This document shows positions 52,821-64,000 of a DNA stretch of 64,000 nucleotides, piece after piece. Both the position numbers and the translations under genes were made by a program. Location of the stretch: the NCBI GenBank assembly GCA_051294375.1, contig CM119268.1, forward strand, positions 10,512,613-10,576,612. The letters run 5' to 3'. Below the pieces are notes generated by a model. That model was not told the origin of the DNA, did no database searches, and saw only the letters and a list, made by a program, of their open reading frames with translations. Position 1 is the stretch's first letter, and each line of letters begins with the position of its first letter. Origin of the DNA: Paraspadella gotoi. Taxonomy: Eukaryota > Animalia > Chaetognatha.

Positions 52821-55800
52821 AAGGTCCTCCCCCGCCAAGGGATTCTACGTGACCCGCGTTCAAGCCGCCCTCGTCCTCCTCCTCTTCGTCGTCATTCTCA
52901 TCGTCGTCGGACTCATCGTCGGCCTCTCGCGCCCGGCGCCCAAAGATTCCGGCGCCGACGACGCCGGAACGAGCCCCGATTCCTCGTCTTCCTCGTCGAC
53001 GGCGGCGCCGCCGACGCGGCCGAGCAACGTCAGACTTCCGCGACATCTGTCGCCGAATCTTTACGAAGTGGAACTCCGTCCGTATTTGGAGGAAGGAGAC
53101 GGGGAGAAGAAGTTCCAGTTCGACGGGCGACTCGTCTTTCATTTTCGGGTGAGGTTCTGTTGAGTGGGTAAGTTAGGTGGAGTTATATCGGGTCTATCGA
53201 TCTAACTTTCTTTTAATGGCCAAGTGTTTGACCGTTCGACCTTTTTGCGATTTCAGGGTTTAATATTTTACTACTAATTAGTTAACATTTATTCGTTTTC
53301 CCGTTGATTTGGTTCTAGATAAACGTAGATATATTCAAAATGTAAATTACCAAATTCCAGACTTTTTTCCTTGACCTAAAAATATTCATTAGTTTTCACT
53401 AGTAATATTATAATTGCTTGAGGCCTGGGTTGACTGTTTAATTTTAAAAATCCTTTAGTTTTAAACCGAAGCATTCCTTCATCCGCCATCCGCTCCCTTC
53501 AGATTCTACAAGACTCCGACAATGTTACACTCCACACAAAAAACTTGGTTCTCAATGAAGAATCGACCTCACTTATCGAAAGCGTCGGCAGCGGCGGGAG
53601 CGCCATCTATGTGGATGGGTGGACGCGGGACGAGGAGCGAGAGTTTTCGGTGCTGAAGACGAAAGGGTCGCTTCGAGCGGGTGAGGTGGCGGGAAGGAGG
53701 GTCAGTTAGAAAACAATTTAATAAGGAAAGTTGAAACAACAAAAAATCACGAATCTTAAGTATTTTAGTTTTTTTGTTACAAGTTTTTATTATTAGCTAT
53801 CCTGTATTATTTATTTTTAACGTTAAAAAAAAAAGAATTGAAAGTAATCAGAAATTATACAATTTAGGCAAAAATTACTCGTTGACCATTGAATTCACCG
53901 GAATCCTCAACGATCGGATGGCCGGGTTTTACAGAAGTAAATATCAAATAAACGGAAAAGAGGTAATTGTAGAATTGATCATTGCTCAATGTCGACGCTC
54001 CATGTCAGCGACGTGGATGCGGGAACGAAATTATTGTACTTTTTTGTTTTAACGAAGGTCTGGCGTAACGTTTTAAATTCTCATCGTTGACTTCACGAAT
54101 CCGCCCGTTTTCCGGTTTCTCTCCAATCAGGTTTACCTGGCGGCGACGCAGTTCCAGTCAACGGACGCGCGTCAGGCCTTTCCCTGTCTGGACGAACCGG
54201 GCGTCAAGGCCGAGTTCCTCATCACCCTCAAGTGCCTCCCCAAATACAGCGCCGTCTCCAACATGCCGCCGCAAGAAGGATATCCTAAAGACGAAAACGG
54301 ACTCAAGGTTTGTATAGATTAGTTTTTGGTCTTTTAGACTTTTCCTGCTCCGTATTTCCACCACTACTTTCGTCCTTTGTCTCTCTCTCTCTCCATTCCT
54401 TTCTCATTTTCCCTCCCCTCTTTAAGTAATAAAATGTTAAAGTATTATTATTAATTAATTAGTTAAAATATTACTATAACTCATGTAAATAATTAACATT
54501 GCTAATGAATATATTTAGCTACTGGAAAACAGTAAAACAGAACTAATATTAAAATCCAAAATGAAAATCTATAGACACATTTAGATTTAATACTGCAATA
54601 TGTAAATGAGATTGAGAAATTCAATCTCATTTAACTTTAAGATCATATTAAATAATCATCTCTTGCACATCTTTCTCTCTCTCTCTCTCTCTCTCTCTCA
54701 GGTTACGAAGTTCGAAAAATCCGTTAAGATGTCCACGTACCTCTTGGCCTTCCTCGTGTCGGACTTTGTCTACAAAGAGAAGCAGACGCCGACGAACAAC
54801 TTGACGGTCCGTGTCTGGTCGCGACCCAACGCCATCGATCGCGTCGACTACGCCCTCGACGTCGGCGTCAAGGTTTATCGTAGTTGACGTTAAGTCTCAT
54901 TTAATCAACAATAATTATTGGAGTTTCTGAAGAGAAAAAGATTAATTTAGCTTTCGTCAATGAGGTAGACAATTTAATTTCGGTTCAAAACAAAAGCGAA
55001 AGATTACTGAGTTTCGGATCCGGCTGTTGTACATACTAATATTTTAAACCGTCTCGTCCCATGGTGAACTTGACCAACCACAGAACTGTGTATTAGGAAG
55101 CGACTGTCTAACCTCCGGTGCTCAATGGACGCTTTTAACATTTGTTTATTTTTAAGCCACCGCATTCAGTTATTTACCTTCCCAAAGTTGCCAAAAAAAA
55201 ATCACGAATCGCTAACTCATTCTCCGCCCGCGAGAGGCGCTGAGACCCATAACCATCTCCTCTCTCTTCCCAGATCCTCGATCACTTCGAGCGGTTCTTC
55301 AAGGTGCCCTACCCGCTCCCGAAGCAAGACATGGTTGCCATCCCCGACTTCAGCGCCGGCGCTATGGAGAACTGGGGACTCATCACGTGAGTGATTTTCT
55401 TTTTGTCATGTTAAATATTAACGGACAAGTTGTGCTCGTTAAATAAAAACAAACCAAACAAAAAATGAAATGAAATTAACGGACACGCTGTGGTTGTTAG
55501 ATAAAAACAAACCAAACCAAAAATCAAATGAAATTAGTACAACCAATATATTTTAATTGTCACAATTCTCACAAACCCCGCCTTTATTGATAAAATGATT
55601 CCGTTCCAGTTACCGCGAGACGGCGCTGCTCTACGATCCGGCGACTTCTTCGATCGTCAACAAGGAGAGAGTCTGTCTCGTCGTCGCCCACGAGTTGGCG
55701 CATCAGTGGTTCGGGAATTTGGTGACGCCCGTTTGGTGGGACGACCTCTGGCTCAACGAGGGTGAGAGGGGGAAGTTATGGTCGCTCTTTTGTGTCTCTC

Positions 55801-58800
55801 TTTTGTTTACTTTTTTAAAGTTTCAAATTTCATTTCAAAATTGAAAAGTCGGTCTCTTCTGCTATTTCCCTTATAGCCTAACCTCCCATTTCTTTTTTCC
55901 TTCCGTACGTACTCCTTCCAAAACGAAAACATTCCTAGAGCTTTCTTTTTTTTTTTCTAACCCCCCCCCGTCCCTTCTCCACTCCCCTTCTCCACTTCTC
56001 CAGGCTTCGCCTCCTTCGTAGAAACGATCGGGATCGACTTTGCGGAACCGTCCTTCAAGATCAATGAACAGTTCATCGCTGGGATACAATCGGTCTTCAT
56101 CCCCGACAGTCTCATCAACTCGCATCCCATCTACCAGGTGAGCGATTCATAAGTCAATATCATTTTAAATCTGCTTCAATGAATTAACAAAATTATGTCC
56201 AAAGACCAAACTTTTAGATAAAATAATAGAGGCAAATTAATAACAACGAAAAAGAAAGGTTATTACCACTATAGATAAAACAATAAAACTTTTTTACTCG
56301 TAGTTTATCAGATTACGACAATATGCAAATGAGATTAAAAATCTCTTAATTGATTTTGCGTCATTTTAAAATCTAACGCCCCCCCCTTTCCCAATCAGTC
56401 CGTGGATCACCCGGACGAGATCAACGAGATCTTCGATTCAATCACCTACACCAAAGGCGCCTCCATAATTCGGATGATGAACTTCTTTTTGACAAAGGAG
56501 ACTTTCACTCAGGGTAAGTATGGAAAGGGTGAGAAGTATGTAAAGTTTTGTAAAGTTGTAAAGTATCTAATTAAGTTGGGCTGATCTAAAGAGATATAGC
56601 AGATCAAATAGAATGCGGGCTATTTATTGTTAGAATGAAAAAAAAAAACAGAATCAGTACCAATCACGCATTATTTTTTGGATTTTTTTAAAGACTTTTT
56701 CTGACAGTCGGAAAAAGCAAGAGTAGTCAGCATGTTACTCTTTTCCTCAAGGTTTGGCCAACTACCTCAGGGAATTCCAGTTCGGCAACGCTGTCAGCAA
56801 GGATCTCTGGGATGCCCTGACGGCCCAGGCCAAAAAGGAAAACAAGAACATTAACGTCGCGGCAATTATGGACACGTGGACTTTGCAGATGGGGTAAGGA
56901 TGATGGGATGACGGTGTAGGGATGAGAAAGTTTAGTGTTGATTTCGCAAATCGGGGCGATGCGATCCGGATACTACGTAGGAGAGGGTTATTGTGGCTTT
57001 GTTAAACGAAACGAGTAACAAAAAACACGCTATGGAGGCAAAGAAGTAACCATCACAAAATTGGAAAAGAGGCCTTTCAGAATTGAATCGTCTTCCACCT
57101 CCAACCCTATTTGTTGCGTCAGATTTCCCTTGGTGACCGTGCAGCGTCTCCCCGGCGGAAAAGTCAAAGCAACACAGAGCCGCTTTGCCCTAAAATCCAA
57201 CGCCTACACGAGCGACGACGTTGAATCTCCGTTCGGTTACATGTGGGACATTCCCTTCACTCTGACCACGAAAAAGGAAAATCAGTGGGACTCGTCCAAA
57301 TCGGATATCAGGTCGGAGAATATTATTAAAGTTAAAGTAAATTAAACATTAAATTAATTTTTAACAAAATTGTAATGCAATTGTTTTTGTCTTGTGAATA
57401 ATAATATCAAGCAACGTATTGTCAAACGAACATGCAATGTAAAAAACGATAAAACTCGCAAAGAAAATGAAATAATGCATGTAATATGTTTGAGTAATGA
57501 GTAATGAGTATACATATTACATACACTTTACTAGATCGAGTTCTTTTGGTTTAGATGGATTTGGCGAAACGAAAAATCGAAAGAAATGAGCATCGACGCC
57601 GACGAAGGGGATTGGGTCATCGCAAACATCGAACAGATGGGGTGAGCAAGATGATGAAGACATGAAATGCCTCGAAGACGAGGGAGGCCTGCAGCAATTA
57701 GTCTGGGCAAAGTTGATGAAGGGGAATGGCTCGTATTTATCCCGAGAACGAAGAATCGAAAGTTTGATGTTTCAAGAAAATTTTAATTGGCTGCTTGTCT
57801 GACTATCGGTCCGTCTGTCCCTCCCACCACGCTCAATCTTTCACCCCCTTTCACTCTCCACCCAAGCTACTACCGCGTCGACTACTCCGCCTCCAACTGG
57901 GCGGCCATCGCCTCCCAACTCGACTCCGCCCACGAGGTCATCGACGTCAAGAACCGCGCTCAGATCGTGGACGACGCGTTCGCCCTCGCCCGCGCGGGTC
58001 GGCTGCGCTACGACGTCGCCTTTGATTTGACCAAGTATTTCGCGTGGGAGACCGAGTTCGTTCCGTGGCAATCCATGGCCAGGAATTTGAGGTGAGGGGT
58101 TGATGTAATGATTTTGATTTTAGATTTAATGATTTCTTTGAATCATTTTTTTTTTGATCGGATGGATTTGTTGATTGATTAAATTAATTATCAATTTGTT
58201 TTTTTATTGGATGATATGTATATTTGTTAATTTATATCTATTTTTCGAATATCTGCATTTTTAATAAAACAATTCGTTGTGAAAAAATCAAATTTTCTGT
58301 CTCTAAATGTATAGATTCAATAATAGAATCAATAGTATTGATTCGATTCATTGATTTTTTTTGCTTTCCTTCTTCCCACTGTCAGGTACATCGATTCGAT
58401 ACTCTCAATGAGCGGCTCCTACGGTCTCTATCAAGACTACATCCGCCGCATCTCCACTCCGGTCTTCCGCCAACTCGGTGGCTTCGACTCGCAGGTGCCG
58501 CGCATCTGTCTCCGCGGCGAAAAATGAGAAAAATCTTAAATCTAAAAATCCCAAATTCCACAAATCCTTAAATCTTCGTTTTTAGGCCGCGGATTCGTCG
58601 GACCCTCTCCGCGTCAACCTTCGATCAACGATCATCTCCCTCAGCTGCGAATCGGGAAGCCCAGAGTGTCTGGCGGGCGCTTCGGCTAAGCTAAGAGCCT
58701 GGCGCGAAAACGGGACGGCGGTACCGCCCAATGTCAGATCGCAGGTTCGTGTAGGGTGGGAGATTTAAAGAGATCAGGTTCTAAAATTGGTTAATGAGTC

Positions 58801-61800
58801 ACCTCAATCATTTTATTAAAAGTCATTTCGTCTATTTTTGCCACCAATCAACGAATTGCTAATTGCGTTATCAACCAATCAGGCCTATTGTTACGGCGTC
58901 CAGTCCGGGAACGTCGAAGACTGGAATTTCGTCTTCGAAGAATTTAAAAAAGCGGACGACGCTAGCGAAAAGAGGAAGCTGCAGTCGGCGTTGTCATGCA
59001 CGAAGGAGCCATGGCTGCTGCGGAAGTGAGAGAAAGGAAAAAGAAAGAGAAAGAGAGAGGGGCACCGACAGAGACAGAGTGAAAGGGCTAGAAATTGTTA
59101 AATGAAATATTTTTTTTTCTGAAATAAAAAGAAACAATTTGACAGTTAAAGTAAGATTTAAATTTCGCTTTTTGCAGAATCCTCGACATGTCTCTCAAGT
59201 TTGAGGACATTCGAAAACAAGACGCGTCATCTTCGATCGTGGGCGTGGCGATCAACCCGATCGGACAACCGCTCGCTTGGGATTTTTTCAGGTGAGAGAT
59301 TGGACATTTGGACTGGCAGCATTCGTAAGTCTAAGATTGTAAACATTTAGTTTCAAAGAGATACGTATTACAGTCTCAAATTTCGTGCTCAATAACACAT
59401 TTTAGGAAATTAAAAGATAAAAATGTAAAAAATATATTGCTCTTCATCATATTGATCAACCGAAAAGATATTATTACACAAGCCAAGAAGCCAATAAAAT
59501 TAAATAAAATGAAAAACACACTTGCATCGACGCGACATGCGCAATGCGCATATAAAAAAATAAAAATTACAAATAATTTTCAATGAGAACCCAAATGCGA
59601 TTTTTTCTTCAAACGATAATTCACCCGTTCAAAAAAAAGTTTTATGTCACTATGTAGTAACGACGAAAAAATAAATTTCCTATCAAAGAATCAGGCAGGA
59701 GCTATCGATGACTTCGAGTCGACGTTTTCGCGGAATTAAAACGGCGCGGAGAAATTTGTCTCTGTGGTTCTTGATTTCGCTGTATTCCGCGCGCGGTGGA
59801 AAACTGGTGGCGAAGGTGAGATCCGCGCCTTCCATGGTTTTCGGATTGTAAAAATGCTGAGTAGTGTCCACGTCCAGCAATTCGCCCATCTGCAGCAAAT
59901 TGCGGGCGATCAAGTCCGGTTTCAATTCATCGGCTTTGTTGTAAACGAAAACGAAATTGGTGAGGAATTGCTCGTATTTCAGCCAAGCCATGTATTGCTT
60001 TATGGCTTCGACGTGAACTCTCTCTATCCTTCCAGAGAGGACGACGACGACGACGTCAATGTACATCATGTTGACCCTGACCTTGTCCTTGATGCAATCG
60101 TAGACTTGCGCTTTGGTCATGAGAGAGTCGCAAAGGCCGATCGTGTCTATGATGTTCACGTTGCGATCTTTCGAAGAATCTATATGGTGACAATTTTACA
60201 AGCGCCGGTAGAAATATGCTGTCATTTGCAAACCAGTGGTTATTTCATTGATTTTAAAAATTAGTTGAGTAGAAAATACTAAAACTATTTATGTGTTAAA
60301 ATTTTATATTGATCAGTTAAGATGAGCCTTGACAATGAGTGGAGAGTTGGCTTGAAAAATCGGGTTTCATTTTCCAACTCACTGTTTTTAAATTCAATTT
60401 TTTTTTACTTTTAGCACTCTTTTAAACAAAGTATTTATTAAAATATTAACAATATTAATATCCTCAGAAAGCCTTTAAAAAAATGAAGAGAATGATATAT
60501 TTACGAAAGCTCTAACATAAAAAGTGAGCTGCCTAGCCTTGGTTTAATTAAGAGTGTCAAAAGTGAATTATTTAAAATTTTAAATCTTTTTTCAAAATAT
60601 ATGACCTGTTTAAATTATTTTAACATAAAATATTATTATTTATATAAGTATTATGAAAGAGCCTGAGAAAAAAGGATTTAAGATAGCCAATCACAATTTG
60701 ATAAATATCATAAATTTACTCTCCAGCTATTGATTTTTAAAAAGATATCTCGTTTTTGAGTATCCTAATTAAATTAAAGCTGGGCCAGTTAAATTTTATA
60801 CTACAGAATTTGTAAGTACGTCATTCTTTTTAGATTTGAAAGGGCTTTCAGAAGATAATAAAATTAATATTATTTTATTTCAAATTTCTTCAGAAAACTT
60901 ACTGAAAGTAAGAGAAAAAAATTGAATCTAAAAAAAGTGAGTTGGAAAATGAAACCCGATTTTACAAACCAACTTTCTCCACTCATTGTCAAGGCATATC
61001 TTAACTGATCAATATAAAATTTTAACAAATAAATAGTTTTAGTATTTTCTACTCAACTAAATTTTAAAATCAATGAAATAACCACTGGTTTGCAAATGAC
61101 AGCGTATTTCTACCGGCGCTTGTAAAATTGTCACCATGTAATCCGATCATTCGTGAAACGTTATGGGTTTTTCCCTTGAGAAAGACCACGTCCCGTGTGA
61201 CCGACAACGCGCCAGCAAGCGATTTAGTGACGTGCTGATTGAACAGCATGTTGATCAATCGCGACTTTCCCGCTCCAGTGGGACCGAGAAAAAGGACGCT
61301 GTAATTTCTGCTATCGTTGTCTACGAGCCGAGAAGATCGTTCCAGAAACTGAAGCATGGTGTCGCACTCGGCGTAGATCGGGACGCCGCCGACATTTTCG
61401 TCCTCCTCCTCGATCTCAGCCGGCGCCGTGTTGATCAGTTTACAGTGAGCAACAGTCAAGTTGTTTTTGAACTGTTTGCGAATCCGCCCTGTTCCGCTCG
61501 CCATTTGGAAAGAGACCCAAGTGCCGCAGTAGATGTATTGAGCTAGTTGCTCTCCGTTGCGAAGACAAAGAGAATAGTTGGTCGCGCCACAGACTTTGGA
61601 CATTCGACGTTTCACCTCGTCCGTCATTCTGGATGTTCGAAAATTGTTTGTCAATATACTACTATGTTGAAGAGCTGATTGTACACTTGTCCATTTTAAA
61701 CCTTAATTTCCCACCTGAATTTTTCGTGAACCACGTAGGAAATTTGGCCCGTGCTAAGATTCACGAAACGTGATTTGTTATTGTGCACACTGACTATTAA

Positions 61801-63219
61801 GCTATTGGCCTCTCCGGTTCCGTATTCCATAAACCAATTACCGTCCGTTATGAACCAATGGCTGAAAGTAAAGTTTCCGGGGTGGAAAATAGTTTTATCG
61901 CAGAGTTGTAGGTCCTTGCCAAAGTTTTCGATGTCGCGAAGATGTTGTTCGCGAATGGAGTCGTCGTATTCTAATCTGTGAGGTTTATTCCACGCTAATT
62001 TCTCCGATTCGACGGCCGGAGATGAGGAGGAAATTCCCATGTTTTACGGTCGTCTGAATCAAGATAAAATTAAAAATATAGTCTTTTTTAAGAAGCTTTT
62101 TTGGGTGAAACTGTGCGAATCGAGGGGAAGAAACTGAACTGAACTTTAATCGACAGATAAAACAAATCGTTTTTTAGTCGGATCTGCTTATAATAAGGAC
62201 CGGAGCATTTTTAGATTCGAGTGGGGAGGTACTTATTAGACGTAATGAACATTTCCAAAAATGTCGAAATGAAATGAGTTTAAATGGAAACAACAAATCT
62301 ATTTCACTATTTGAACGCCTATTACTCATGAGTGGATAGGGCAATTGATTTGAAAAATTGTATGTGGGTAGGAAAGTGTGTGATTAAGCTGGAAATTAAG
62401 TTTCGATGGAATCGTTAGTGGAAAAAAAAACTTGTTTCACTAATTGATTATGCTTTTTTTCTTTTATATTTAATGTAAATGCAAGATGTATTAATTAATC
62501 AAATAATCAGTTAATTAATCAATTAGTTAATTAACTAATCAATAACTAATTAATCAGTCAATTAATCAGTCAATTTATCAATCAAAAAACATTTCGGATT
62601 AATTAATTAACTTGAATTAATTAATTATTAATTACCGATAATGATCGTGGGCAGATCCGACATTGTTTGCTCAAACTTGTTTATTTTGTAATTAATTTAT
62701 TCGTTGCCGAATTACCACAGTCAAAATTATACATTAGGAGCTTTATATGAAAATTTGCAATGTTATAGTTATGTATTAAAATTTCGTCACCACAAATTTA
62801 TATTCTCCGTGTAAAATATTGAGATTTTAAAAGTGTATATAATTAAACTCAATGGTATTTTGCTACTTAAATATATATATATTTACAAATAAATTATAAC
62901 GACAATGAAATTTTATATAAAATAAAATAAAAAAATGACGTAAAAACTTTTCAAATTTATCAGGTCAAAGTGGACGGTTCTTCGCGAGGAATTCGGCGAA
63001 GGCTCCTTCACTCTGCCCGGTCTCGTCAGAGGTATCACATCCTCCTTCTCCTCTGAGTACAGACTGCAGCAACTTCGCGACTTCATGGCCAAGCATCCGG
63101 AGCAAGGCTCCGCCAGTCGGGCTTTCAAACAGGCCCTCGAAAAGATAACAGTCAACGTGCACTGGTTAAAGAACAATTACGGACACCTCGAGGATTGGTT
63201 GAAGAAAAACATCGTTTGA
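52821..63219 (+). CDS. ANPEP: Aminopeptidase N (M1 family, type II membrane protein); start exon unresolved
   Basis: About 18 exons from 52821-53148 to 62964-63219 (TGA). Signal anchor [21 protein letters not shown]; RLPRHLSP..Y; GFYRSKY; [19 protein letters not shown]; MSTYLLAF; GAMENWGL; [18 protein letters not shown] (HEXXH-x18-E); [10 protein letters not shown]; GYYRVDY; ERAP1-type C-terminal domain. Last intron is 59292-62963. Confidence 0.95.
59683..62040 (-). CDS. Nested antisense gene: LRAT-like domain plus AIG1/GIMAP-like P-loop GTPase, with N-myristoylation motif and CaaX box (438 aa if the MITE is spliced out)
   Basis: Exons 62040-61715, 61628-61135, 60179-59683 (1317 nt). MGISSS; SHWFITDG and [19 protein letters not shown]; G1 GPTGAGKS, G2 SVT, G3 DTIG, G4 NKAD; C-terminal CLIL-stop. 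Confidence 0.8.
60183..61138. mobile_element. Foldback MITE with long TIRs and TA target-site duplication (Tc1/mariner-type, non-autonomous)
   Basis: atggtgacaattttacaagcgccggtagaaata... is mirrored by ...tatttctaccggcgcttgtaaaattgtcaccat. Near-identical for ~230 bp, with weaker similarity to ~380 bp. TA at 60181-60182 and 61139-61140. Confidence 0.9.
62176..62680. mobile_element. HINE/DINE-1-like element, copy B (inverted relative to copy A, internally deleted)
   Basis: Reverse-complement matches to both ends and the AT-rich core of 22401-23310 (gcagatccgacattgtttgctc.aacttgt; agtcggatctgct). Confidence 0.75.
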
Positions 63220-64000
63220 CATTTCCTTTGCTCTTTTTTGATTACTCGCTGAAAATCATGGATTGTACTTGGATCTTTTTTTTATTGCCATTCTTTTGTA
63301 AATTTTTTAACATGTAGCTTGTACTTAATTATGCAATCGTTTTTTTAAACGATTACATTTTGTTAATAGTCTGTCGTTAGTGATGATACTAAATATACAT
63401 TATGAAAAATGGAAATAGTCAAAATTCTTTGCACCATGAATAATTGAATGTATCATAGTAGAATAGATATAGTTTTTGTTTCTTAATGTTATAATTTAAG
63501 CTAAATATAATTAAAATAACATTTGAAGTGTTGAAATATATTGAAATATTAGGTAACTCAAATCGATTTTGTAACAAAATTTTTACGTATTATTTTTTAT
63601 TCTTTTATATACATTTAGTCATTTTCTTTTCATGTTAAAAAGTGAAAACAAAAGTTTAGGTCACGCCAGCCAAGACGTCATCTTTCGTGTAATGGTTTAA
63701 AAAATATATCAAATTTGTCTTTTGTTTTATTCGGTTTGCGATTTTTCTCAAGATCAATAAATAGTATAGGCTACGATTAAAATTTATTGTTTGCGTTACT
63801 TTTCTTCAAATTTCTTAAATATATATTTTAAATATAAACCAATGCAAGTTCTCCCGCCATAGTGTAGTAACGTTGTCTGAAAATTAAGACAAAATCTATG
63901 CAACGAGAAAAAAGATAACTTGACCATTTTTTCCCTCTCGAAACATTAACGTTCGTAGGCGAATGAAACGGTATTAAATGAGTTTAGAAGATCCTCCCCG

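Overview
Intron-rich invertebrate animal genomic DNA with many (AG)n microsatellites; the species cannot be determined from sequence alone. All exon models were read by eye from GT-AG sites and frame continuity. From left to right: (1) a lysyl oxidase-like gene (2 SRCR domains, a long Ser/Thr/acidic linker, and a LOX catalytic domain) that appears twice, on either side of a 25-N gap, most likely an unmerged contig overlap; (2) a compact minus-strand cluster of four kinase genes: an intronless vWA/alpha-kinase (VwkA-like), a NEK-like kinase-ZZ, a NEK-like kinase with an Arg/Asp/Ser-rich tail, and a ZZ pseudokinase (HRD changed to HQN); (3) two uncharacterised genes, an interleaved double inverted repeat, a 1-kb polypurine minisatellite, a secreted proteoglycan-like gene and a degenerate gag/LTR remnant; (4) an aminopeptidase N gene whose last intron holds an antisense nested gene encoding an N-myristoyl motif, an LRAT-like domain, an AIG1/GIMAP-like GTPase and a CaaX box. 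That nested gene is interrupted by a ~956-bp foldback MITE that can be spliced out in frame, as an Introner-type element would be. Other mobile DNA includes a tiny LTR element (TRIM) with tRNA-like LTRs and two Helentron-type non-autonomous elements, each lying just upstream of a kinase or GTPase start codon.
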